Below, piece by piece: positions 14,848 through 23,199 of a DNA stretch of 24,000 bases (positions are counted from its first letter, which is position 1; the number at the start of each line of letters is the position of its first letter). The notes under the pieces are model-generated. The model saw only the letters and a program-made list of their open reading frames with translations. It was not told the DNA's origin and searched no databases. This DNA comes from Actinomycetota bacterium (GTDB lineage Bacteria > Actinomycetota > CADDZG01 > WHSQ01): positions 35,215 through 59,214 of the forward strand of contig JAXDJH010000020.1 of NCBI GenBank assembly GCA_034663635.1, written 5' to 3'. The translations under genes were made by a program, and so were the position numbers.

Positions 14848-15932
14848 GACCTCGTTCGGCCGCGCGGCATGATCTGGTCGAAGCGACATTCCTCGGGAGG
14901 CTTGTCCGGTCGCCAGCGTTGGAATCTGGCCGCGTGGCGGAACCGACCGTTCTGGAGATGCTCGTATCGGACCTCGCACGCAAGCACCGGCTTGATGGGC
15001 ACGTAACTCGCGTCTCTACCGGTCATGCCCGTCCACCGACTCGGCCCCCCCGGAGTGCGGCCTCCTCCGAAACTTTCATGGCCTTCGTACTTCTTAAGGT
15101 CCGCGAGCAGCTTCTTACGCTCCGGGGCCTTGAATGACGACGTGTGACCTACGTACTGCAGGACGCCCTCGTCGTCGTAAAGGCCGAGCAGCAACGATCC
15201 GACTCCGTCGTTCGTCTTGTTGATCCTGTAACCGCCCACGACGCAGTCGGCGGTCCGGTGATGCTTGATCTTCAGCATCGCGCGGACCCCGGGCGCGTAG
15301 ACCTGATCGGTCTTCTTGGCGATGACTCCATCGAGCCCCGCGCCCTCGAACACCTCGAACCAGAACTCCGCGATCTTCGGGTCTGCCGTCTGCGGAGTGA
15401 TCGCCACGAGGGGGCTCGGTTGAAGCGCCTCGATCACTTTGTCCTCGAGATCGCCGTGGTCTTCCTTCGGACCGTCTCCGGGTAGATGGACCGCATTCGC
15501 AAGGAGCTCCTCGAGTCGAGCCCGCCGGGTGTCGAGCCGCGCCTCGCGCAGATCTTTCTTCCCTTCTGAGAGGAGGTCGAACGCGACGAAGGATGCTGGA
15601 GTTGTCTCGGACAGCATCTTCACGCGCGACGCCGCGGGATGGATCCGCTGGAGGAGTCGGTCGAAGTCGAGACCTTCCTTCATCGGCACCACGATCTCGC
15701 CGTCCAACACGCAGGCTTTCGGGAGCGAGTCGGCAAGGGCCGCCTCGACCTCCGGGAAGTATCGGTTCAAAGGCTTGAGGTCCCGGCTGTAGATGGTGAC
15801 GTCGGACCCATCCTTGAAGACGACCGCCCTGAAGCCGTCCCACTTCGGCTCGTAGACCCAGTCTCCAGTGGGCATCCCCTCCGAGACCTTGGCCAGCATC
15901 GGCTCGATGGGAGGGTCGAAGGGCAGCGCCAT
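14844..15932 (-). CDS. Stand-alone ATP-dependent DNA ligase (LigC / LigD-ligase-domain type)
   Basis: Motif I YEPKWDGFR (adenylated Lys), LDGEIVV, GLDGVIAKK, MLKIKH, plus a C-terminal OB-fold region. Start candidates are ATG 15932, 15941 and 15944. The track start at 16019 adds non-homologous residues. Confidence 0.85.
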   Translation of the reverse strand: MALPFDPPIEPMLAKVSEGMPTGDWVYEPKWDGFRAVVFKDGSDVTIYSRDLKPLNRYFPEVEAALADSLPKACVLDGEIVVPMKEGLDFDRLLQRIHPAASRVKMLSETTPASFVAFDLLSEGKKDLREARLDTRRARLEELLANAVHLPGDGPKEDHGDLEDKVIEALQPSPLVAITPQTADPKIAEFWFEVFEGAGLDGVIAKKTDQVYAPGVRAMLKIKHHRTADCVVGGYRINKTNDGVGSLLLGLYDDEGVLQYVGHTSSFKAPERKKLLADLKKYEGHESFGGGRTPGGPSRWTGMTGRDASYVPIKPVLACEVRYEHLQNGRFRHAARFQRWRPDKPPEECRFDQIMPRGRTRS

Positions 15933-15966
15933 GGGGTACATCATCCCTTCGATGAGCCTCACGAAT

Positions 15967-16980
15967 ATGCAGCTAGCGGAACTCTGTGCGATCGGGGCCG
16001 AACAGTTCACCGAGAACAAGGAGAAAGCCCTCCGCAGGACGTCTCGGAAGGCCCTTCAATGGCCCGAGGAGGCGGCGAAGATCGCGTCCGACGGGCGCTC
16101 ATTGCGTGAACTGGACGGGGTCGGGCCGTGGGTCGCGGCCCAACTGGACGCTCTCCTTAACGAGCCGCCGGAGGAGATCCCAGAGCCACCCCCGATCAGA
16201 GCCGGCTTCGAGTCGTTCGCCGCTTCAAGGGAGCTGCTCGCCACAGAGCCGGCTCGCCGGCGTGACATCAAAGGCGATCTCCAGATGCACACGCGCTACA
16301 GCGACGGCCGGGCATCGATCCGCGACATGGCGAACTCGGGCATCGAACTCGGTTACGACTACATCGCGATCACCGACCACAGCAAGGGTCTGAAGATCGC
16401 CGGCGGCATGGACGAGGACACGCTCGCGAATCAGGGGGCCGAGATAGACGACGTCAATGGCGAGCTGGACGGCTTCCGTGTTCTGAAAGCGTTGGAGATG
16501 AACGTCAGTCCCGACGGGAGCGGCGACATGGAGCCCGATGCCCTCTTGAGTCTCGATCTCGTTCTGGGCTCGTTCCATTCCAAGCTGCGGATCAAGGAGG
16601 ATCAAACGGAGCGCTATCTGAGCGCGCTGCGCAATCCCTACGTTCATGTCCTCGGTCACCCGAGGGGGCGCATCTTCAATTTCAGATTGGGACTGAGTGC
16701 CGATTGGCCTCGGGTGTTCGAGGAGGCCGCTGCACTCGACAAGGCGGTCGAGATCGACGGATTCCCTTACCGGCAAGACCTGAACGTCGGGTTGCTAGAG
16801 CTTGCTCGTGAGTCCGGTGTTCGTATCTCGATCGGAACGGACGCGCACAACGAGGCCGAGATGCAATACATCGAGGTAGGAGCTGCGGCGGCGCTCGCTG
16901 CGGGGATCCCGACGGATCGGATACTGAACTACAAGCCGGCCGACGAGATCCTGGCCTGGACGGATTCGCTCAAGCCTTAG
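15967..16980 (+). CDS. PolX-like protein lacking the polymerase core: N-terminal 8-kDa/HhH-like segment fused directly to a PHP phosphoesterase domain
   Basis: PHP motifs: GDLQMHTRYSDG, AITDHS, ALEMN, LGSFH, VLGHP, IGTDAH. The N-terminus has an HhH-like LRELDGVGPWVAAQLDALL. Only about 105 aa precede the PHP domain, too few for palm, fingers and thumb. Start is uncertain (ATG 15931, 15952 or 15967). Confidence 0.75.
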   Translation: MQLAELCAIGAEQFTENKEKALRRTSRKALQWPEEAAKIASDGRSLRELDGVGPWVAAQLDALLNEPPEEIPEPPPIRAGFESFAASRELLATEPARRRDIKGDLQMHTRYSDGRASIRDMANSGIELGYDYIAITDHSKGLKIAGGMDEDTLANQGAEIDDVNGELDGFRVLKALEMNVSPDGSGDMEPDALLSLDLVLGSFHSKLRIKEDQTERYLSALRNPYVHVLGHPRGRIFNFRLGLSADWPRVFEEAAALDKAVEIDGFPYRQDLNVGLLELARESGVRISIGTDAHNEAEMQYIEVGAAAALAAGIPTDRILNYKPADEILAWTDSLKP

Positions 16981-16992
16981 TCTGCGGCGACC

Positions 16993-17439
16993 ATGGCAGA
17001 GAGCAAACAAGATCGAGAACTCATCGAGCTGTTGAATGAGCTGCGCGTCGTTCTTCCCGGCGTGCAGGTCCTGTTCGCATTCCTCTTGACAGTTCCCTTC
17101 GCCCAAGGCTGGACGAAGGTGACGGGCTCCGAGAAGGCGGTCTTCTTCACTGCCTTCGTGTGCATGGCGATAGCCACGGCCCTGCTGATCGCGCCGAGCG
17201 CGTATCACCGCATCCGGTGGCGGGAGAAGGACAAGGAAGCGATGCTCGTCTATTCGAACCGTTTGGCGATCGCGGGGATCTTCTTCCTTGCCATCGCGAT
17301 GACGTGCGTCGTCTATTTCCTGACCGACCACCTCTACACGGGCTTAGCTCCATGGGTTACCGCGGGCGTCGCCGGTCTGTTCACCTGGTTCTGGTTCGGC
17401 CTCCCGATCATGAGGCACATCCAAGACTCAGACAACTAG
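16993..17439 (+). CDS. DUF6328-family small membrane protein
   Basis: N-terminal ELIELLNELRVVLPGVQVLFAFLLTVPF signature followed by 3 further TM helices. Confidence 0.7.
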   Translation: MAESKQDRELIELLNELRVVLPGVQVLFAFLLTVPFAQGWTKVTGSEKAVFFTAFVCMAIATALLIAPSAYHRIRWREKDKEAMLVYSNRLAIAGIFFLAIAMTCVVYFLTDHLYTGLAPWVTAGVAGLFTWFWFGLPIMRHIQDSDN

Positions 17440-18950
17440 GTCCCATCCGCGTCGTAGGCGATCGTGACGTAATCGCCATCCCAGAAGTCGCCTCCCACTC
17501 CGGTAATGAACACGTCTCCATTCGACGAGATCGCGCCATCTTGCGCGTTGTCTTCGGAGGTCCCCTCGGGGCTGCTGTTGTAAGCGGCGCTCCATATCAC
17601 CGCTCCCGTCGCTGAGTCATATGCGATGGTCCGGAAATCCCTTGAGAACCCCCGCTTGATGTCCGTGGCGATCAGGTATGCCGTGGCTCGACCCGAATCC
17701 ACCAGCACGTCGACTGCGATGGTCCCTTGAGCGCGTGCGTACGACTGTTCCCAGATCTGGGATCCATCGAAGATCGAGTAAGCGCGGGTCGTGACACTGT
17801 CGAATGCGGACGGCGTCGGATCCACGTCGGGGAGCATGCCCGTCACGATCACCCGGTTTCCGCCACGATCGAGGGCCATCTCTGGGCCCGATCCGTAACC
17901 CTGGGAATGCGTCTCGTGTTTGGTTGACCAGATCTGCGATCCGTCATCTCCAGACAAGGCCAGAGTCTCGTACCGCCAGTCGTATTCATCGGTCGTGTCG
18001 TTGGTTCGTCGAAAGTGGGTTGCGGTCACGAGGAGATAACCAGATCCGCCGTCGAACTCCATGTCGACCGTGCCGTAGGGGAACCACCGCGGGTTGGAAT
18101 GCGTCTGCACCGCCCAATCCTGTCGTTGTGTCGCGTCGTCCTGGAGTTCGTAGTGAAGGCTTGTGATGTCGAAGTCTCTGATCGCGTCGTCTCCTCGACT
18201 TTCGCCCGTCACGTAGAACGACGTTCCGTCAGTGTCCAAGGCGATGTCGTGCGCGACGTCCTCGTTTCCTGCCGGCCCGTCGTAGAGAGTGCGCCACAAC
18301 ACCTTTCCCGTCGCAGCCGAGAACGCAACGGTCACCATGTCTTGCTGGCGCTTGTCGTCGACCCGCACCGTCCCAGAGACCAGGAGGGTGGATCCATCGG
18401 AAGTTACGGCTGTTGCGGTTGGATAGCCTTTCTTAGCGATGGGAGTTGCCGCCCATAGCTCTTCGCCAGTGGCCGCCGAGTAGGCGAGGATGCGCCAGCG
18501 ACTGTCGACGCGACCCGAATTGTGGAGGCCCGCGACGAAGACGCGATCGGACTGTGGCGAGACCACCATGTCGGCGGGAAAGTCGGATTCGCCTTCCGGA
18601 CCATCATGGTGGGCCACCCACAGCTTCTGGCCGGTTGCGGCGTCGTATGCGACCGTCGCGATGTCGATGTCCTTGCCCTTCAAGGGGCTTTCGCCGGTCA
18701 CAAATACACGTGAGCCGTCCGGGGAGGTTTTGATCACGAACGGACGATCCCACTGTTGCACCCCCCGACTCGGCGAGGAATCGCGTTCGGAACTCCACTT
18801 CTTCGCCCACAGCTCACACCGATCGTCGTCGGGCAGGTCACATGTGCCTACGGCCCGCGCCGGGGTGGTCATGAGAATCGACAAGGACAACAGACACATG
18901 GCTATCGCTACGGTGCCGGTCCGCCGAGACATGTTCCTCACGCGCTTCAT
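17436..18950 (-). CDS. Secreted beta-propeller repeat protein (PQQ-like / SBBP-like blades)
   Basis: Signal peptide ending TTPARA. About 7-8 repeats of the pattern hhVTG...(Y/F)xAATGxxLW (e.g. YDAATGQKLW, YSAATGEELW, FSAATGKVLW, YDSATGAVIW). SD GGGAGGG lies 8 nt before the ATG. Confidence 0.7.
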   Translation of the reverse strand: MKRVRNMSRRTGTVAIAMCLLSLSILMTTPARAVGTCDLPDDDRCELWAKKWSSERDSSPSRGVQQWDRPFVIKTSPDGSRVFVTGESPLKGKDIDIATVAYDAATGQKLWVAHHDGPEGESDFPADMVVSPQSDRVFVAGLHNSGRVDSRWRILAYSAATGEELWAATPIAKKGYPTATAVTSDGSTLLVSGTVRVDDKRQQDMVTVAFSAATGKVLWRTLYDGPAGNEDVAHDIALDTDGTSFYVTGESRGDDAIRDFDITSLHYELQDDATQRQDWAVQTHSNPRWFPYGTVDMEFDGGSGYLLVTATHFRRTNDTTDEYDWRYETLALSGDDGSQIWSTKHETHSQGYGSGPEMALDRGGNRVIVTGMLPDVDPTPSAFDSVTTRAYSIFDGSQIWEQSYARAQGTIAVDVLVDSGRATAYLIATDIKRGFSRDFRTIAYDSATGAVIWSAAYNSSPEGTSEDNAQDGAISSNGDVFITGVGGDFWDGDYVTIAYDADGT

Positions 18951-19013
18951 CCCCGTGACCCTCCCTAGGTGTCTTCAGATTAGACGTTCGAGGGGCCGGT
19001 AACGCTGCATCGG

Positions 19014-19190
19014 TCAGCTTGAAGAGACGACGGGGCCGTGTTTGCGGCAGCGCGCTTCGTAGCCTTGCGGGGTGACCTGGACGTCTAGCTTTCGGCCACA
19101 TTCTTTGCAGAACCTCGGAGGATCTAAAGGACGTCGGCAGGACCCGTCACATTCGTCGGCCGGTTTTCCGCATCCTTGGCAGAACAACAT
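19014..19190 (-). CDS. bsaP: Biotin synthase auxiliary protein BsaP-like small Cys-rich protein (58 aa)
   Basis: The start ATG shares one base with the bioB stop (TGATG), and GAAGG lies 7 nt upstream. The core PPRFCKECGRKLDVQVTPQGYEARCRKHG matches my recollection of the conserved core of the small protein encoded downstream of mycobacterial bioB (Rv1590/BsaP). It also has an extra N-terminal CQGC-x6-C-x3-C. Confidence 0.7.
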   Translation of the reverse strand: MLFCQGCGKPADECDGSCRRPLDPPRFCKECGRKLDVQVTPQGYEARCRKHGPVVSSS

Positions 19191-20191
19191 CAGATGACCT
19201 TCGAGAGCACTCCGATCGGCATCCGGAGATCGTCCAGCATCTGAAGGTCCTGCTGTGGCTTGCGGCCGAGCGTCGTCAGGTAATTGCCGACGATCAGCGC
19301 GTTGATCCCCGCCGTCATCCCCATGGCCTGGAGTTCGCGCAAGGTCACCTCGCGGCCCCCGGCGTAACGCAGGATGACCTCGGGTAGCGCGAGACGGAAC
19401 AGTGCGATCCACTTGATGGCTTCCAGCGGCTTGACGAGGTTGCGGTCTCCCAACGGAGTGCCGGGCCGGGGGTTGAGGAAGTTGAGCGGCACCTCCGCCG
19501 GCTCGACATCGCGGAGCTGGCTGAGCAGTTCGATGCGTTGTTCGTCCGTCTCGCCCATCCCCAGAAGCGCGCCGCAACAGAGCTCCATCCCGACCTCGCG
19601 CACGAGCATGCACGTCTCGAAGCGCTCGTCGAACGTGTGGGTGGTGACGATCTCAGGGAAGAACGAGCGGGAGGTCTCGAGGTTGTGGTTGTAGCGGTGC
19701 ACCCCGCCCTCGGCGAGGCGCTTCGCTTGATCGCGATCGAGGATGCCGAGGCTCGCCGCGACGTTCAAGCCGGTCTCGGCTTTCACGAGCTGGGCCGCCT
19801 GGATGACGTTGTCGACGACTCGATCATCGGGGCCGCGCAATGCCATGACGATGCAGAACTCCGACGCTCCGAGCTCGGCCGTCTCGCGAGCCGCCGACAG
19901 GATCTGATCCATGTCGAGGTAGGGAGTCGGCCGAACCACGGTGTCGAACTTCGACGACTGTGAGCAGAAATGGCAGTCCTCAGGGCAGCCGCCCGTCTTG
20001 GCCGACAGGATCCCTTCGACCTCGACCTCCGGCCCACAGCGAGCGAGTCGCACTTCGTGGGCGGTTGCGGCGAGGGCGGGCACCGAGTCGTCGGGCAGCG
20101 CGGCTAGCTCGCGCAACTCGTCGAGGTCGAGGTCTCGGCGTTCGTCGATCAGGGCGCGGGCCGCGCCCTCGAGCAGTGCTCGGGTGGTCAT
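19190..20191 (-). CDS. bioB: Biotin synthase (radical SAM)
   Basis: CPEDCHFCSQS radical-SAM CxxxCxxC. Full-length BioB-like sequence (YNHNLETS, LCCGALLGMGE, NFLNPRPGTPL, RYAGGRE). Confidence 0.95.
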   Translation of the reverse strand: MTTRALLEGAARALIDERRDLDLDELRELAALPDDSVPALAATAHEVRLARCGPEVEVEGILSAKTGGCPEDCHFCSQSSKFDTVVRPTPYLDMDQILSAARETAELGASEFCIVMALRGPDDRVVDNVIQAAQLVKAETGLNVAASLGILDRDQAKRLAEGGVHRYNHNLETSRSFFPEIVTTHTFDERFETCMLVREVGMELCCGALLGMGETDEQRIELLSQLRDVEPAEVPLNFLNPRPGTPLGDRNLVKPLEAIKWIALFRLALPEVILRYAGGREVTLRELQAMGMTAGINALIVGNYLTTLGRKPQQDLQMLDDLRMPIGVLSKVI

Positions 20192-20811
20192 CCAACCTCC
20201 ATCTGTAGTGCTGCGAATAGGTCAGCGAGTTCGGAGGGCGAGGTGACGACCTCGGCCCCCACTTCGGTCCGGAGCCAGTCGCGGTTCCGAGTGTGCATCT
20301 CATCCATGGGATCGAAACGATTAAGAGCGACGACCACCCTGTGGGGCGCGAACGCATCGATCCCGAGGCGAACGTCATTGATGACTCCGAGCTCGGCTTG
20401 TGCAACGAGAACGATGACGTCCGCGGTGATCGAGCTGGCGAGGGTGACTGTGTCTCCGTCCGAAGCTAGGGGAGAGCGCGGCCCGCCGACTCCTTCGACG
20501 AAGGTGATGCCCGTCTCGGGTACGTGAAGGTCCCAGAGGATGTCGATCAAGCGCATCTCCGGCTTGCCGAGAACGCGCGCTGCCATCGGGGGTGCGAGCG
20601 GGAACTCGTAGGAGTGGCGGCACACATCCGTCATGTGGTCACCGCTTGCTCGCGCCAGGATCTCGGCGTCGGTCACCTCGCCGGGCTCGAAGGACTGAAC
20701 GGGCTTGCGGGCATGGGCCTCTATCCCGCGCCGCCGAAGCATCTCGATCGTTCGGGCCGTGAACCACGTCTTTCCTATCTCGGTGCCGGTGGCCGAAACG
20801 ACGACGATCAT
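20188..20811 (-). CDS. bioD: Dethiobiotin synthetase
   Basis: MIVVVSATGTEIGKT P-loop and VEGVGG block. ATGA overlaps at both ends (with bioF and bioB). The 576-aa track ORF is this gene fused in frame to an out-of-frame shadow of bioF. Confidence 0.9.
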   Translation of the reverse strand: MIVVVSATGTEIGKTWFTARTIEMLRRRGIEAHARKPVQSFEPGEVTDAEILARASGDHMTDVCRHSYEFPLAPPMAARVLGKPEMRLIDILWDLHVPETGITFVEGVGGPRSPLASDGDTVTLASSITADVIVLVAQAELGVINDVRLGIDAFAPHRVVVALNRFDPMDEMHTRNRDWLRTEVGAEVVTSPSELADLFAALQMEVG

Positions 20812-21926
20812 CGAGCCACCCCCGCCATGGCGACGCGGTCGAGCGCCTCCTTCAGAGCATCTATCTGTTCGAACGTGTGGAGGGCGGAAAGCGTGACGCG
20901 CAGACGCGCGGTTCCGGGCGCGACCGACGGGGGCCGGATCGCCGGGACGAGGAATCCGTCCTCGAGCAAGCGAGCGGCCGCGTCCACCGCGACGCGGTCG
21001 TCGCCGATCACGACGGGAACGATGGGAGAGGGATGACCGGGCCGGAACCGCTCGATGTTGTCCGCCAGTCGTGTCCGGAGGGCCGCTCCCTCGTCGGATC
21101 CGACTAGCTCGACAGCGGCGAGAGCTGCTCCGGCGTCCGCCGGGCTCCCGGCCGTCGTGAAGATGAAGGGCCGGCAGTTGTTGATGAGGTAGTCGATGAA
21201 GGGCTCGGCCGCGGCGACGAATCCGCCGGCGGAGCCGATGAACTTCGACAGCGTCCCGACCCGGATGACGTGATCGGCCGCGGGGACGGGGGGGCCGAGG
21301 ACGGCATGCGCCTCGTCCAGGACCAAAAGCGCCCCGTGACGGGCGGTGAGCTCGACCAACCCGGCCACGTCGGCGACGTCGCCGTCCATCGAGAAAACGC
21401 TGTCGGAGACCACTATGGGTTCGTTTGCCCCCGATAGCATCCGTTCGAGTTCGCGGAGATCGTTGTGTGGATATACGCGCGACTCCGCGCGCGCGAGCCT
21501 GCATCCGTCCACGATGGACGCGTGATTCAGCTCGTCGCTGAAGATGGTCGCGCGTTGCGTCCCGAAGGCACTCAGAACCCCCAGGTTGGCCGCGAACCCC
21601 GTCGGGAACAGGAGTGCGCGCGCGGTTGCCTTCCAGCGCGCGAGGGCGCGCTCGAGTTCGTCGTGGATCGGTCGCGCACCTACGATTAGTCGCGCGGACC
21701 CCGATCCGGCCCCGTAACGCTCCAATGCATCGCGAGCGGCCGCGATAACGCGCGGATGCCCCGTGAGGCCCAGGTAGTCGTTGGACGCGAAAGAGACGAC
21801 CGGCCGGCCATCGGGCAGGGTCTTCTCGATGCCAGGCTCTCCATCGAGGGCTCGGATGACCCGCCAGCGGTCGTGCTCTGCGGTCTCGGCGTTCGCGCCC
21901 CGGGCTCGCTCCACCCAATCCGTCAT
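20808..21926 (-). CDS. bioF: 8-amino-7-oxononanoate synthase
   Basis: Class-II aminotransferase blocks: FASNDYLGL, DELNHASI, VLDEAHA, GTLSKFIGSAGGF (PLP Lys). ATG 21926 forms an ATGA overlap with the bioA stop. Confidence 0.9.
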   Translation of the reverse strand: MTDWVERARGANAETAEHDRWRVIRALDGEPGIEKTLPDGRPVVSFASNDYLGLTGHPRVIAAARDALERYGAGSGSARLIVGARPIHDELERALARWKATARALLFPTGFAANLGVLSAFGTQRATIFSDELNHASIVDGCRLARAESRVYPHNDLRELERMLSGANEPIVVSDSVFSMDGDVADVAGLVELTARHGALLVLDEAHAVLGPPVPAADHVIRVGTLSKFIGSAGGFVAAAEPFIDYLINNCRPFIFTTAGSPADAGAALAAVELVGSDEGAALRTRLADNIERFRPGHPSPIVPVVIGDDRVAVDAAARLLEDGFLVPAIRPPSVAPGTARLRVTLSALHTFEQIDALKEALDRVAMAGVAR

Positions 21927-23191
21927 GCGTAGACCTCTTCTATGGCTGCGTCGAGCGCGTCGACGATCCGATGGATCTCGTCGGAGGTGATCGTGAGCGG
22001 AGGCATGATCACGACGACGTCTCCTAGCGGGCGGAGGAGCACGCCACGTCTCGTCGTGGCCGCGCATGCCCTGCGCCCGACGCGCTCGCCGGGCTCGAGC
22101 TCGACGCCGAACATCAGGCCGCGCCTCCGGACCTCCTTAACGTGGCGGGTCAGACGTTCGGCGAGAAGCCGCTCCAGCTCGTCGCCGCGCTCGTTGACGT
22201 TTCGCAGCAGATCGTCGTCGATCAACTCGAGATGCTTGAGCGCGACGGCCGCGGCGAGCGCATTCCCCGAATAGGAATGGCCGTGATACAGCGTCTTGGG
22301 CCCGAGATCCTCGCCGAGGAACGCCTCGTAGACCCGTGCGTTGGCGACCGTCGCAGACATCGGGAGATAACCGCCCGTCAGGCCTTTGCCGAGACAGAGG
22401 ACGTCGGGTTGCAGCCCGCACTGCTCGCTCGCGAACAGCGTGCCCGTCCGCCCGAAGCCTGTGGCGACCTCATCGCAGATCAAGAGCACGCCGGTGTCTT
22501 TACACGCCTCCGCGAGTTGAGCGAACTCGGCCGGATCGGCCACCTGCATGCCGGCGGCTCCTTGGACCAGTGGCTCAACAACCACAGCGGCGAGCTCGTC
22601 ACGATGCGTGCGCACCATCTGCGCGGCCTTGTAGAGCGCGTCGGGCGACTCGTAACCGGGAGCGCGAAGTACAGGGAAACGAAGTGGATCGAAGATGTCG
22701 GTTCCGAACCCGCCCGCACCGAGCGAGAGCGAGCCGATCGTGTCGCCGTGATACGCGCCCCCGAGGGCGAGGTAGTTGGTGCGTCCCTCGACGCCTGAGT
22801 TGATCCAGTACTGGAACGCGATCTTGAGTGCCTGCTCGACCGCCGCGGCTCCATCCGATGCGAACAAGAAATGAGGCCGATCGACGGGCACGCGTTCGGC
22901 AAGTGCCTCGGCCAGCTCGATCACCGTGCGGTTGCCGTTGCCGAGCATCGTGGAGTGTGCGATCCGCCCGGCCTGCTCGATGAGGGCCGCGTCGAGCTCC
23001 GATATCCGGTGACCCAGCGTCGTCACCCAGAGCGATGAGATGGCGTCGAGGTAGCGATTGCCGTCGACGTCGATGAGCTCCCGGCCCTCGGCGCGCTCGA
23101 CCACCACGGGCTCGTTGTCGGCGTAGGTCGCCATCTGAGTGAACCCGTGCCACACGACGGATGCGTCGCGCTCGATCCAGTCCGGGGTCAT
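21923..23191 (-). CDS. bioA: Adenosylmethionine-8-amino-7-oxononanoate aminotransferase
   Basis: Class-III aminotransferase blocks: VWHGFTQM, HGHSYSGN, ICDEVATGFGRTG, LCLGKGLTGGYLP. I placed the start at ATG 23191. The track ORF extension would run through tRNA-Cys. Confidence 0.92.
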   Translation of the reverse strand: MTPDWIERDASVVWHGFTQMATYADNEPVVVERAEGRELIDVDGNRYLDAISSLWVTTLGHRISELDAALIEQAGRIAHSTMLGNGNRTVIELAEALAERVPVDRPHFLFASDGAAAVEQALKIAFQYWINSGVEGRTNYLALGGAYHGDTIGSLSLGAGGFGTDIFDPLRFPVLRAPGYESPDALYKAAQMVRTHRDELAAVVVEPLVQGAAGMQVADPAEFAQLAEACKDTGVLLICDEVATGFGRTGTLFASEQCGLQPDVLCLGKGLTGGYLPMSATVANARVYEAFLGEDLGPKTLYHGHSYSGNALAAAVALKHLELIDDDLLRNVNERGDELERLLAERLTRHVKEVRRRGLMFGVELEPGERVGRRACAATTRRGVLLRPLGDVVVIMPPLTITSDEIHRIVDALDAAIEEVYA

Positions 23192-23199
23192 CGCCGGGG

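Noticed and set aside
19191-19613. Upstream part of ORF 19014..19613, plus other long ORFs nested in the bio genes (e.g. 19538..19963, 21942..22274, 22142..22798, 22599..23153)
   Set aside because: They sit inside or antisense to bioB, bioF and bioA, whose frames carry unambiguous enzyme motifs. These are shadow ORFs.
20812-21918. Upstream part of the 576-aa Arg/Pro/Gly-rich ORF (20188..21918, minus strand)
   Set aside because: Only its last 207 codons (from ATG 20811) look like a real protein (BioD). The rest is an alternative frame of bioF, with the extreme Arg/Gly/Pro composition typical of off-frame ORFs in GC-rich DNA.
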